DNA from: Spirochaetia bacterium
Lineage (GTDB): Bacteria > Spirochaetota > Spirochaetia > CADAEX01
DNA length: 64,000 bases
Assembly: GCA_963662795.1 (NCBI GenBank)
Contig: OY759746.1
Coordinates: 2,976,001-3,040,000 of the forward strand
Direction of reading: 5' to 3'
The notes under the pieces were generated by a model. The model made no database searches and had not been told where the DNA came from. It saw only the letters and a program-made list of their open reading frames with translations. Position 1 is the first letter of the stretch. Every line of letters begins with the position of its first letter. Of the stretch, positions 18,669 through 28,396 are shown one piece after another. A program made the position numbers and the translations under genes.

Positions 18669-19769
18669 ATGAAATACAATGAAATGCCGGAACTTGTTAT
18701 AGGAGATATTGTTGCCAAAAAACCTGTAATTCAGGGAGGAATGGGTATCGGGGTATCCTTATCCCGCCTTGCCTCGGCAGTAGCCAATGAAGGCGGAATT
18801 GGAGTTATCTCTTCTGTCGGAATGAGTTTCCTTGATGAAGATAAAAAGAAAAGAAGCAAAGATGCAAATATACTGGCTATCCGTGAAGAGATACGCAAGG
18901 CAAGAAAAATGACTGACGGCGTATTGGGAATAAATATAATGCTTGCACTTACCGAGTTTGATGAAATATTAAAGGCATCTTTTGAAGAAGGTATAGATAT
19001 TGTGTTTATGGGAGCAGGTCTTCCTCTGAAACTCCCGAAAGAGATCACTCCCGAACTGCTTAAAAGCAGCAAAACAAAAACAGCAGTTATTGTTTCCTCG
19101 GACAGGGCTGCTAAAATAATCTTCCAGAACTGGGAGAAGTATTTTAACCATGTGCCTGATGCTGTTGTTGTGGAAGGGCCGCTTGCAGGTGGACACCTTG
19201 GTTTTAAAAAAGAGAATATTGAAAATCCGGATTATACACTTGAAAAAATATTCCCCGGTGTTATCGATGCTGTAAAATCATATGAACAGATTTTTTCAAA
19301 AAAAATACCTGTAATTGCCGCAGGAGGTATTTTCACAGGAGAAGACATTCATAAATTTATTGATATGGGAGCATCAGGAGTACAGATGGCAACAAGGTTT
19401 GTAGCGACTGACGAATGTGATGCGTCTGATGATTTCAAGAAATCTTATATAAACTCAAAACAGGAAGATATCATTATAATTAAAAGTCCTGTCGGGATGC
19501 CGGGGCGGGCAATAAGAAATACATTCCTTGATGAGGTTGAAGCGGGAAGAAAAAAGCCGTTTTACTGCCCGTGGAAATGTCTTAAAACCTGTAATTTCAA
19601 AGAGTCGCTTTATTGTATCGCGCAAGCGCTCGTAAGTGCTCAGAAGGGAATGCTTGCAGACGGTTTTGCTTTTGCCGGCGCTAACGCCTATAAAATCAGG
19701 GAGATTATTTCTGTGAAAAAACTGTTCAGCCTGCTTGAAAATGAATATTCACATTATAAACCGGCATGA
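18669..19769 (+). CDS. nitronate monooxygenase-family flavoprotein, FabX/UfaA-like with a 4-Cys Fe-S motif
   Basis: IQGGMGIG, VVEGPLAGGHLG, AAGGI, GVQMATRF, KSPVGMPGRA, CPWKCLKTC-x7-C. Confidence 0.85.
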   Translation: MKYNEMPELVIGDIVAKKPVIQGGMGIGVSLSRLASAVANEGGIGVISSVGMSFLDEDKKKRSKDANILAIREEIRKARKMTDGVLGINIMLALTEFDEILKASFEEGIDIVFMGAGLPLKLPKEITPELLKSSKTKTAVIVSSDRAAKIIFQNWEKYFNHVPDAVVVEGPLAGGHLGFKKENIENPDYTLEKIFPGVIDAVKSYEQIFSKKIPVIAAGGIFTGEDIHKFIDMGASGVQMATRFVATDECDASDDFKKSYINSKQEDIIIIKSPVGMPGRAIRNTFLDEVEAGRKKPFYCPWKCLKTCNFKESLYCIAQALVSAQKGMLADGFAFAGANAYKIREIISVKKLFSLLENEYSHYKPA

Positions 19770-19902
19770 TATCCGGCTGATTTTTCATTTAGCTGATATA
19801 TCTGAAATTTACTATATTGACACTCATTTATTCATTATATAATAATGCATCATTATACCTATAACGTATATGTATCAACAGGACAACGCCGTGGAGTATT
19901 AA

Positions 19903-22119
19903 ATGAGTAAAAAAATCAATAATAAAAGTATTAGAAACCAGCTTGTAATTCTGATTGCTCTTTCAATAATTGCAGTTTTTGCACTTAGCGGTTTTATTAT
20001 TTACACAATGATATTAAATAATGAAAAAAACGACGCAACTCTATATATGGAAACCCTTTCAAGGGAGAATGCAAATCTTGCTAACGCTGAGCTTGAAATT
20101 GCAATGATTGCAGCAAGATCTTTAGCCGATGTTTTAAGTGCATATGAATCTGTAAAACCTGAAAACCGCCGTGAAATATTTTCAGCTTTCGTTAAGCAGG
20201 TCCTGAATAATAATGCCAGCTTCCTGGGTGTATGGACATGCTGGGAACCTGATGCGCTTGACGGCCGCGATTTTGAGTTTAAAAATACTGTCGGTCATGA
20301 TGAAACAGGACGGTTTATCCCATATTGGTTTCGTGATGATTCAGGCAGGATTGAATATGAGCCCCTTAAATCATATACAGTTCCCGGTGACGGAGATTAC
20401 TACCTGCTTGCAAAAAACAGCGGTAATGAAATTATTACTGAACCTTACGAATACGAAGCCGGAGGTAAAAAGATTCTTCTGGCGAGTATGGCTGTTCCGG
20501 TAAAGGATAAGAATGGCCGGGTCATAGGCGTTGCCGGTATAGATATTTCCCTGGAATATCTGCAGGAAATGTTCTCCGGTGTAAAATTTTTCAAAACCGG
20601 TTTCGGCCGGCTCATATCAAACAAGGGAATTGTAGTAACCCATCCTGACAAAAGCAGAACAAACAAATTATGGGGAGAAGCTGCAAACAGTGATGGAAAA
20701 GATATTGAGGCAAGGATCGATAAAGGAGAAATATTTACAGGTATTTATTATTCAGAATCTCTTAAACAGTATGCTACGAAAAGCTATGTGCCGGTATTTG
20801 TAGGCAAATCAGTGACCCCATGGATTTTCGGCACAGTTGTACCGACCGATGAAATATTGGCTGAAGCGATGAGTATATTAAAAACAATAATTTTGATTTA
20901 TATTTTGGGCGTTGTCTCGATAATATCGGTTTTATGGCTGATAGCTACTTCCATTATTAATCCGCTTAAAAAAACTGCTTTTGCGTTAAATAATATAGCG
21001 CAGGGTGAAGGGGACATGACCCAGCGGCTTGTAGTTAAAACAAGGGATGAAATCGGGGAAATCTCTGAGAATTTCAATCTTACCATTCAAAAAATTGCGG
21101 CTATGCTTAAAAAGGTAAAAACTGAAACTGCGAACCTGAACGAAGTAGGTGAAGATCTTGCGTCAAACATGTCTGAAACAGCATCTGCCATTAATCAGAT
21201 TACTGCAAATATTACAGGAATAAAGAATCAGGCTGAAAATCAGGCTGCGGGTGTTATTGAGACACAGGCAACTGTTGAAGAGATCGTAAGCCACATTGAT
21301 AAACTCAACACACTCATTGAAAGCCAGTCGGCAAGTGTTATTGAATCGTCGTCAGCTATCGAGGAGATGGTTGCAAATGTCAAATCAGTTACTGCAATTC
21401 TGCAGAAAAATTCTGTATCGGTTGAAGATCTGCTGGCCGCGTCAGAGAAGGGGAAAACAGGTATTAGTGAAGTTACTGATTTAATAACAATTATATCGAA
21501 TGAATCCGAGGGGTTGATCGAGGCAGGTAATATTATTCAGAATATTGCAAGCCAGACTAACCTTCTATCAATGAATGCCGCTATTGAAGCAGCTCATGCG
21601 GGAGATTCAGGTAAGGGTTTTGCCGTTGTTGCAGATGAAATTCGAAAACTTGCAGAGACTGCAGGGTCTCAGGGCAAATCAATAACACAGGTTTTAAACA
21701 GCCTCAAAGGCTCTATTGACAGGGTTATTTTATCGACCGAGAGCGCGCAGACGCAGTTTGAAAGCGTTTTTGAATTAACCCAGATTGTAAAAAATCAGGA
21801 GACTGTAATAAAAAACGCAATGGACGAACAGAGTGAGGGCGGAATCCAGGTACTTGAAGCGATCAAAGAGATTAATGATATTACTGTCAAGGTTAAGGAT
21901 GGATCGGTTCAGATGCTTATAGGCAGCAGGGAAGTACTTGATGAGATGAAAAGACTTTCCGGTGTGACACAGGAGATAACAAACAGCATGAATGAGATGT
22001 CTGTTGGTACAGAAGAAATAAATATTGCCATAAATCAGGTAAACGAAATCACCCGGAAAAATATGGAAAGCATAAACACTCTTATGGGTGAAGTAGCCCG
22101 TTTTAAAATAGAAAATTAG
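19903..22119 (+). CDS. methyl-accepting chemotaxis protein (dCache sensor, HAMP)
   Basis: 2 TM flanking a dCache domain, [42 protein letters not shown] hairpin. Confidence 0.97.
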   Translation: MSKKINNKSIRNQLVILIALSIIAVFALSGFIIYTMILNNEKNDATLYMETLSRENANLANAELEIAMIAARSLADVLSAYESVKPENRREIFSAFVKQVLNNNASFLGVWTCWEPDALDGRDFEFKNTVGHDETGRFIPYWFRDDSGRIEYEPLKSYTVPGDGDYYLLAKNSGNEIITEPYEYEAGGKKILLASMAVPVKDKNGRVIGVAGIDISLEYLQEMFSGVKFFKTGFGRLISNKGIVVTHPDKSRTNKLWGEAANSDGKDIEARIDKGEIFTGIYYSESLKQYATKSYVPVFVGKSVTPWIFGTVVPTDEILAEAMSILKTIILIYILGVVSIISVLWLIATSIINPLKKTAFALNNIAQGEGDMTQRLVVKTRDEIGEISENFNLTIQKIAAMLKKVKTETANLNEVGEDLASNMSETASAINQITANITGIKNQAENQAAGVIETQATVEEIVSHIDKLNTLIESQSASVIESSSAIEEMVANVKSVTAILQKNSVSVEDLLAASEKGKTGISEVTDLITIISNESEGLIEAGNIIQNIASQTNLLSMNAAIEAAHAGDSGKGFAVVADEIRKLAETAGSQGKSITQVLNSLKGSIDRVILSTESAQTQFESVFELTQIVKNQETVIKNAMDEQSEGGIQVLEAIKEINDITVKVKDGSVQMLIGSREVLDEMKRLSGVTQEITNSMNEMSVGTEEINIAINQVNEITRKNMESINTLMGEVARFKIEN

Positions 22120-22181
22120 CAGAAGTTTTTTATAGGCAGATCGGCAGGCAGTTTTTTGTATTCCTCATGAAGGAATCACGG

Positions 22182-22203
22182 TACCATCGGAAATCCGATG
22201 GTA
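22182..22203. other. perfect 10-bp inverted repeat (terminator-like hairpin or operator)
   Basis: TACCATCGGA-AA-TCCGATGGTA downstream of the MCP gene. Confidence 0.55.
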
Positions 22204-22218
22204 TAATTCAATTTCATC

Positions 22219-22255
22219 AAAAAAAAAGGAGTAATTTAAAATATTAAATTACTCC
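22219..22255 (-). terminator. rho-independent terminator of the small peptide gene
   Basis: 12-bp stem GGAGTAATTTAA/TTAAATTACTCC followed by T9 on the minus strand. Confidence 0.75.
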
Positions 22256-22324
22256 GATGACAAACAGCAGAACTGCAATACATAATAATCCGAACATGCT
22301 CATATAAACATTAATTTTTGCCAT
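22244..22324 (-). CDS. unannotated 26-aa hydrophobic peptide MAKINVYMSMFGLLCIAVLLFVIGVI
   Basis: AAGGAGG RBS (22330-22336) 5 nt before ATG; single TM; stop codon lies within the terminator stem. Confidence 0.7.
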   Translation of the reverse strand: MAKINVYMSMFGLLCIAVLLFVIGVI

Positions 22325-22445
22325 ATTTTCCTCCTTTATTTAAATACACTTTACTATAATCAGGAATTGTTAAAATATTATTTAATTTTTGTTATTATTG
22401 CATTAAATAGTGATTTTTTTGTTCTTTTTTGCGGATAATTCACTT

Positions 22446-22895
22446 CTATATATAACCGGAATTGTAATCATCTGCAAGGTTTTGCAGAGTTATGCTATCC
22501 ATATAGTTGTTAATCAGGGTGTTCAGGTTTTTCCAGAAGGTATATGTTCCGCAGTTTTTAGTCTGATAACCTGAACCTGAAGGTGCTTCTTCTTTGTCTC
22601 CTGCTTTTTTACATCCGGTGCATTGCACCGTTTCCATCGGCCCTTCAAGGGAACGGAGAATCTCACCGGCTGTTATCTTATCAGCAGAGCTGATTATTTC
22701 GAATCCGCCGTATGCTCCACGTACAGCTCTTAAAAGACCTGCTTTCCTGAGGCTTGAAAACACCTGTTCAAGATATGCTTCAGAGATATTCTGTCTTTCT
22801 GCAATTGATTTTATACTGACAGGTTTTCCGCTGCTGTTAAGTACAATATCTACCATTGCCCGCAGACCATATCTTCCCTTTGTCGATATTTTCAA
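22446..22895 (-). CDS. Rrf2 family transcriptional regulator (CymR/IscR-like)
   Basis: KISTKGRYGLRAM, ISEAYLEQVF, RGAYGGF, LEG; three Cys in the C-terminal half. Confidence 0.93.
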   Translation of the reverse strand: MKISTKGRYGLRAMVDIVLNSSGKPVSIKSIAERQNISEAYLEQVFSSLRKAGLLRAVRGAYGGFEIISSADKITAGEILRSLEGPMETVQCTGCKKAGDKEEAPSGSGYQTKNCGTYTFWKNLNTLINNYMDSITLQNLADDYNSGYI

Positions 22896-22912
22896 TGTAA
22901 TTACCTTTTTCC

Positions 22913-23830
22913 CTAGTTGATATCGCTGAGATTATATGGTGTTTCCTGGTAAACATAGTAGTTCAGCCAGTTTGAAAACAGAAGATTTGCCTGGCTTCTC
23001 CATCTTACAACAGGAGTTAAATCAGGGTTGTCATCAGGGTAGTAATTTTTAGGTACTGCAATTTTTAATCCTTTTGCAATATCCCTGTCATATTCAGCTT
23101 TAAGTGTAAGAGGATCATACTCGGCATGCCCTGTAACAAAAATATCCCGCCCGTTTTTCGATGCGGCAATATAAATTCCCGCTTCATCAGATTCAGCAAG
23201 TATTTCAAGCTCTTCTGTTTTTTCAATATCCTCCCTTCTTACTTCAGTATGCCGTGAATGAGGAGCAAAAAAAACATCATCAAAACCTCTCAGCAGTTTG
23301 GTATGCTTAATATTAACATTGTGTCTGAATACTCCAAACATTTTGTTTTCAAGAGGGTATTTCGGGATATTGTAGTGATAAAAAAGGCCTGCCTGCGCAG
23401 CCCAGCATATATGAAGTGTTGAAAATACATTGTGTTTTGTCCATTCCATTACCTCTTTCAGCTCATTCCAGTATTCAACTTCTTCGAAATCAAGCTGCTC
23501 AACAGGGGCTCCTGTAATTATCATGCCGTCAAGTTTCTCATGTTTGATTTCACCAAAGGTTTTATAGAATTCATTCAGGTGATCGGATGAGGTATTTTTG
23601 CTTTGGTAAGACTCTGTCTGAAGAAGAACAGCTTCTATCTGAAGAGGTGTGTTTCCAAGCAGTCTCATCAGCTGGGTCTCTGTAGTAATTTTTGTGGGCA
23701 TTAGATTCAGAATACCTATTTTGAGAGGACGGATATCCTGGTGGGAAGCCCTGTCTTCCGTCATTATAAAGATATTTTCCCTGTTTAATATTTCCCGTGC
23801 AGGCAGATTGTCAGGTATTTTAATAGGCAT
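22913..23830 (-). CDS. metA: homoserine O-acyltransferase MetA (acetyltransferase type)
   Basis: MPIKIP, LNLMPTK, TGAPVE (E111), [27 protein letters not shown]. Confidence 0.96.
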   Translation of the reverse strand: MPIKIPDNLPAREILNRENIFIMTEDRASHQDIRPLKIGILNLMPTKITTETQLMRLLGNTPLQIEAVLLQTESYQSKNTSSDHLNEFYKTFGEIKHEKLDGMIITGAPVEQLDFEEVEYWNELKEVMEWTKHNVFSTLHICWAAQAGLFYHYNIPKYPLENKMFGVFRHNVNIKHTKLLRGFDDVFFAPHSRHTEVRREDIEKTEELEILAESDEAGIYIAASKNGRDIFVTGHAEYDPLTLKAEYDRDIAKGLKIAVPKNYYPDDNPDLTPVVRWRSQANLLFSNWLNYYVYQETPYNLSDIN

Positions 23831-23874
23831 ATTTAACCCCTTTTTGCATTTACTATTGTTGAAATATCATGATA

Positions 23875-23903
23875 AACATAAGTAATATGATCAGAATAGT
23901 CAA
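23875..23903 (-). promoter_or_regulatory. promoter of metA-rrf2
   Basis: minus-strand TTGACT-N17-TATGTT. Confidence 0.55.
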
Positions 23904-24096
23904 GATTAAGTAACTTACAGTTCAATGTTCATAATTGGGTATCGTAATAAAACTGTTTTTGTGTTATTATCCTGCAGGTCTCACAGGCGCAGTCTGCAGG
24001 CTGCCGGCATCAGATTTGCAGGATTCAAACACTGCATTGCCGGCAATGGTGAAGCGCCGCTTTCTTTTCCGCAAAAACTACTTCCGGGAGAAAAAA

Positions 24097-25530
24097 TTGA
24101 AAAAAATATTTTCCTTATGCACTTACCTTTTTCTTATAATGGTGATTATTTCACCGTTTCTCCTGTCATGTGCAAACAGGAACGAAAAGTTTATAGAAGA
24201 ATTTAACGCTGTCATGACAGACAACAAGGGTGAAGCACTTATTCCCGCCCTCGAAGAACTTGACAATAAATATCCCGACCGCCTTAGGACAAAAATAAAT
24301 CTTGCTGCATCCTATCTTGATATGGGAGAGGAGGAGAAGGCAGTTGCCATTCTGGATAAAGGGCTTTCGGCTGCGGAAAAAAGTAAAAACGGGGAGGAAA
24401 AGTATATTTTTTATGCAAATTACGCAGAATATATGCTTCAGAAAGAGAAATACAGTGAATGTATAGAATACGGACAAAAAGCGCTTGAAAGCGGAGAGGC
24501 TGATTCGCTTGGAGCTTCCCTCAGCCTGGCACAGGCTTTTGCCGCGGAAAAAAAATACAGCGACTCACTGAATTATTTCAGGAATACCTGGAAAAATGAT
24601 GTCAACCTTTTTTCCGAAAATGACCTTGTTACATTCATCTCGCTGCTTGGTGTTTCGCAGAACGGAGAGGAAGACCTTGTTTTAATTATTTCACTTATTG
24701 ATGAAATGAGAGTGAGAAAACCGGATTTGCAGGGATCAGGGATAAAACAGGCTGAAATACTTGAACAGGCCGGAGCACCGTTATCTGCTCTTGTTGCGGC
24801 TTTCTCGGAGCTTGAAAGGTCGCTGTATGACGGTTCAATGTCAAGAGAGCAGGTAATCCAGACAATTGAGTTCCTCAAGACAAATATCAACGCAAATGAG
24901 TCGGAAGAAAAAGCAGAATCCATGAAAATGGCAGAAGGCTATAAATATTTCACTCTTGGACAATGGGGGCTTGCGGAATCTGTTTTTGCAGAGCTTAAGA
25001 CGGAAATTCCTATCGTTTTTTACAGTTATCTCAGGCTTTCGTCCATGCTTCAGACCGGTCTTGGCACAGATGAACTTCTTTCACAATACGCAGCTATTGA
25101 AAGGAATTTCACCGGAATCCAGGGATATTATTACCATTTCTGGAACGGGATGAAAAAAGGATCAGGAACTTATGATGCAGCATCAGCTTCAAATGTGCTT
25201 AAAAACTGTATTTTAACTGCGCCGCTTTCTCCTTATGCGCTTGAATCAAGACTGGAACTCGGAAGCCTTAACGGTATTAAAAACGGGCAGGACCTCCTAC
25301 TTATTGAAGAGGTATTTTATTATCTAAACAGTGTAATGGAAGGAGCTTCTCCTGAAATTCTTGAACCAGCCGCAGTGATGCTTGAAATGGAAGATAACGT
25401 ATTTATAAATGATGCCATGCTTCTGCTGAAGGAAGCATTCAAGGAAGAGAAAATTTCCCAATGGTTTACCGCCAGGGCGGAAAAAGGCAACGTAAAACTG
25501 AAAGAAAGGATTTTATCCCTGAATTCCTGA
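24097..25530 (+). CDS. TPR-like helical repeat lipoprotein of unknown function
   Basis: TTG start after GGAG, leader ending LLSC, TPR-like NLAASYLDMGEEEKAVAILDKG. Confidence 0.7.
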   Translation: MKKIFSLCTYLFLIMVIISPFLLSCANRNEKFIEEFNAVMTDNKGEALIPALEELDNKYPDRLRTKINLAASYLDMGEEEKAVAILDKGLSAAEKSKNGEEKYIFYANYAEYMLQKEKYSECIEYGQKALESGEADSLGASLSLAQAFAAEKKYSDSLNYFRNTWKNDVNLFSENDLVTFISLLGVSQNGEEDLVLIISLIDEMRVRKPDLQGSGIKQAEILEQAGAPLSALVAAFSELERSLYDGSMSREQVIQTIEFLKTNINANESEEKAESMKMAEGYKYFTLGQWGLAESVFAELKTEIPIVFYSYLRLSSMLQTGLGTDELLSQYAAIERNFTGIQGYYYHFWNGMKKGSGTYDAASASNVLKNCILTAPLSPYALESRLELGSLNGIKNGQDLLLIEEVFYYLNSVMEGASPEILEPAAVMLEMEDNVFINDAMLLLKEAFKEEKISQWFTARAEKGNVKLKERILSLNS

Positions 25531-25558
25531 TATTTATCCGGAGCTTTGTTATTGTCGC

Positions 25559-28396
25559 TTACCGGGCATTACCTCCTGCGCTTCCGGCACAGGAGGTACA
25601 GGATGCGGCACAGATGGGCAGAAACAACAGCGAACCAGCTATCCCTGCGGACAATGTTACTGAAAGCGGCAGGAAAAAATTACCTTCAGCGCATCCTGCG
25701 GCGGCAAGGGGCAGAGTGCTGAGCAGTGTTGTTGCTGAAGCCATCAATACAGGTTTACAGACATCTGACAGTTTCTCTGAAATTTGACAAGGCGACAGCA
25801 ATTGGCCGTTTCCCTGTATATTTGATGGCGGCAGAAGTATTATCATGTTGTTTACTGAAATTCCCGCAGTAAGCAGAAGCCCTGAAAATGAGATTATTGA
25901 AAAAGGAATATTTAATAATTTTAAAATTATCAGCGGAATAAAAAGGGATGATGGTATCTGAAATATTATTAATGCAGGGATATAATACGATTCAAAATAA
26001 ACCGCAAGCACAATATAGATGAATAATAACGATGCACCCGCAAGATGAAATAATTCTTTACCGCTGTTTTTAAGCTTTTTATATTCACTTCCTGCATCAG
26101 CCCTGTATCCCTCTTGAAATACAGTGTCCTGCAATATTTTATCAATGTCTTTTTTCCGCCCGTTTTTTACCGATATTGAAAGACATCTCTGTCTGTTTTT
26201 ATGGTATATCCTTCCGGGAGCCTCATCTTTTACACAGGATGCGATATTTTTTATCTGAATGATATTTCCGCTTCTGTTTTTCAGCGACATCTCCATTATA
26301 TCTTCAATTCCCATGTTCCCTGAACATGAAATACCGAATCTTATATCTGTTTCAGTTCCATCTTCATAATATTTTGATATTACAGGAGAGGTGAGAGACA
26401 TATAGAGGTAATCGAATACTTCTTCCGGAGTAATAGATAATAATGAACACTTTGCGGTATCAAGTATAATGCTGCAAACCGGTACCGGAGACTTGAAGTG
26501 ATAAATGATTTCACTATCAGGATTGCCGCATTTTATGATTTCAGCCAGAGTTTCTGCTGCAGATGCAGTCCCGGGTAAATCCTTTCCATATATGTCTATA
26601 TCATAGCTGTTTCTGATTTCAGGACTGCCGGGGAAATAGCAGTAGGCAGAATTAATCTTTCCGCTGAGCTTCAGAATCCTTTTTTTTACCTGTTCCCTGT
26701 CTCTGTATGAGTTTAATTTAATATCGAATCCTGCCTTTCCTCTCTCGTACCTTGAAGTTACATCCATACAATTTAAATTCAGCAGTTCCATTTCCAGTTC
26801 AGAGGCAGTATTTTTTATGTGGCGGAAGTTAATACCGCTTTCATATTCCAGTATAAATGAAAGGTTTTTTCCTTCATCACGGCTGAAAAAGATAAAATCA
26901 TGATTTTTTACTATCAGAAAATCCATTGCAGATATAATAATAAACAGCGGGATGATATATTTTTTATGACTGCATGCAAAAAAAACAGCTTCTTTAATGA
27001 TTTTGTTATGAATATCTTTTTTCCCCCTGTTAACAGGAATGCTGTTTTTTTCGGGCAAAAAGGAAGGCATAAAAATAAAGGTAAATACAAGTGAACCTGA
27101 AAGCCCTGCCGCTATGGTGAGGGCAAGCGGCATAAACATATTTTTAATCCTTTCCTGTGTAAAAAAAAGAGGTAAAAATACAACCGCAGTTGTAAGTGCG
27201 GAAAATAATAAAGGGCTTAATAATTTCCGGCTTACGGAGCGTTTGCCGCCGCATGGTGATTTTTTATAGGTGTCAGTATATATAATTGCGTTATCAATTG
27301 ATAAGCCTGTACAGACAGCTATTCCCGCAAGGACTATAATATTGATTTCAAATCCGCTCATCACTGCAGCAGACGCAGCAGTTACAGCGGAAAAAACCGG
27401 ATTAGCCGACGCAAGCATAGACAATTTTAAATCTCCGATAAAAATGAATGTTGTCAAAATGACAAATACTATTCCGGAAAATACTGATACTGCAGTTTCA
27501 GAAAGGGCTTTTTCTATTTCTCTTCCCCTGCTGAATACAACTGTTCCTCCTGTCTGATGTGTCTTTTTTTCAAGCGCCCTGCATAATTTAATTGTGTTTG
27601 CATTGTCTGCTTTCATGACATAGAGAATAAATGAATCCTTGCCGTTTATGCGACCTTCAGATTCAAAGCCTGCCGGCTGAAAAGCAACATCACCGGCATC
27701 TTTTATTCTCAAAGGGGGAATTATAATAATATCAGCAATATTTTTTTTTGATTTTATAAGACAGTCAACCTTGACAGGTATCATATTTCCGGGAGTAATT
27801 GTTCCTCCGCTGTTTGAGAAAGCAATTTCTGACCTGATGTCATCAGGCTTCAGGGATGTATTTATTAACGCTTCAGCATCGATCCTGATATCAAGTTCCA
27901 TGCTGTTCTCGCCTGCTGTTTCAATTTCACCGGCCCCTTCCATGGATTCAAATTCCCGTTTCAGATATTTTCCCCCTTTGAAAAGTTTTTTATCAAAAGA
28001 TGCCATAAAAACAGGAAAATCATTACCTGAGTTTCTTGAAAGGGCGGGACGCTGTATATTTTCAGGAAAAGAGGAATACACCCTGTTTACACAATCCCTT
28101 ACCGATATATATGCGCTGTCCATGCGGCATCTTTCCGTAAAATATAACCAGATTGTTCCTTTCTCCATTTCTGATACAGAAATGATATTTTCAATTGAAC
28201 CTATCAGAGACAGAGGCTCTTCGAGTCTTGAAACAAGTTCTTCCATTTCATTTTCAAATGCTCCCTTAAGTTCTGTTTTAACTGTTATAACTCTGGTATC
28301 GAATTCAGGTAAAAGACCAAGCCTCATATTCCGTAGAGAAGCAAGAAAAATGAAAGAAAGGATAAACAAAACAAAGAGAGCTCTCTTTTTACTCAT
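25559..28396 (-). CDS. divergent RND (AcrB/AcrD/AcrF family) permease, subunit 2
   Basis: two large periplasmic loops; GLSIDNAII (TM4), SALTTAVVFLPL, LAVYFESYYIP, PLSVTLSAG. Confidence 0.85.
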   Translation of the reverse strand: MSKKRALFVLFILSFIFLASLRNMRLGLLPEFDTRVITVKTELKGAFENEMEELVSRLEEPLSLIGSIENIISVSEMEKGTIWLYFTERCRMDSAYISVRDCVNRVYSSFPENIQRPALSRNSGNDFPVFMASFDKKLFKGGKYLKREFESMEGAGEIETAGENSMELDIRIDAEALINTSLKPDDIRSEIAFSNSGGTITPGNMIPVKVDCLIKSKKNIADIIIIPPLRIKDAGDVAFQPAGFESEGRINGKDSFILYVMKADNANTIKLCRALEKKTHQTGGTVVFSRGREIEKALSETAVSVFSGIVFVILTTFIFIGDLKLSMLASANPVFSAVTAASAAVMSGFEINIIVLAGIAVCTGLSIDNAIIYTDTYKKSPCGGKRSVSRKLLSPLLFSALTTAVVFLPLFFTQERIKNMFMPLALTIAAGLSGSLVFTFIFMPSFLPEKNSIPVNRGKKDIHNKIIKEAVFFACSHKKYIIPLFIIISAMDFLIVKNHDFIFFSRDEGKNLSFILEYESGINFRHIKNTASELEMELLNLNCMDVTSRYERGKAGFDIKLNSYRDREQVKKRILKLSGKINSAYCYFPGSPEIRNSYDIDIYGKDLPGTASAAETLAEIIKCGNPDSEIIYHFKSPVPVCSIILDTAKCSLLSITPEEVFDYLYMSLTSPVISKYYEDGTETDIRFGISCSGNMGIEDIMEMSLKNRSGNIIQIKNIASCVKDEAPGRIYHKNRQRCLSISVKNGRKKDIDKILQDTVFQEGYRADAGSEYKKLKNSGKELFHLAGASLLFIYIVLAVYFESYYIPALIIFQIPSSLFIPLIILKLLNIPFSIISFSGLLLTAGISVNNMIILLPPSNIQGNGQLLSPCQISEKLSDVCKPVLMASATTLLSTLPLAAAGCAEGNFFLPLSVTLSAGIAGSLLFLPICAASCTSCAGSAGGNAR

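Noticed and set aside
23831-24090. SAM riboswitch or T-box upstream of metA
   Set aside because: No SAM-I or T-box consensus on the minus strand, and the predicted promoter is only about 45 bp from the start codon
23935-24096. Long N-terminal extensions in the ORF track (also 2072, 3980, 13345, 40370, 54153, 55353, 56569, 62750)
   Set aside because: Downstream starts have an RBS and/or put signal peptides and domain boundaries at the N-terminus
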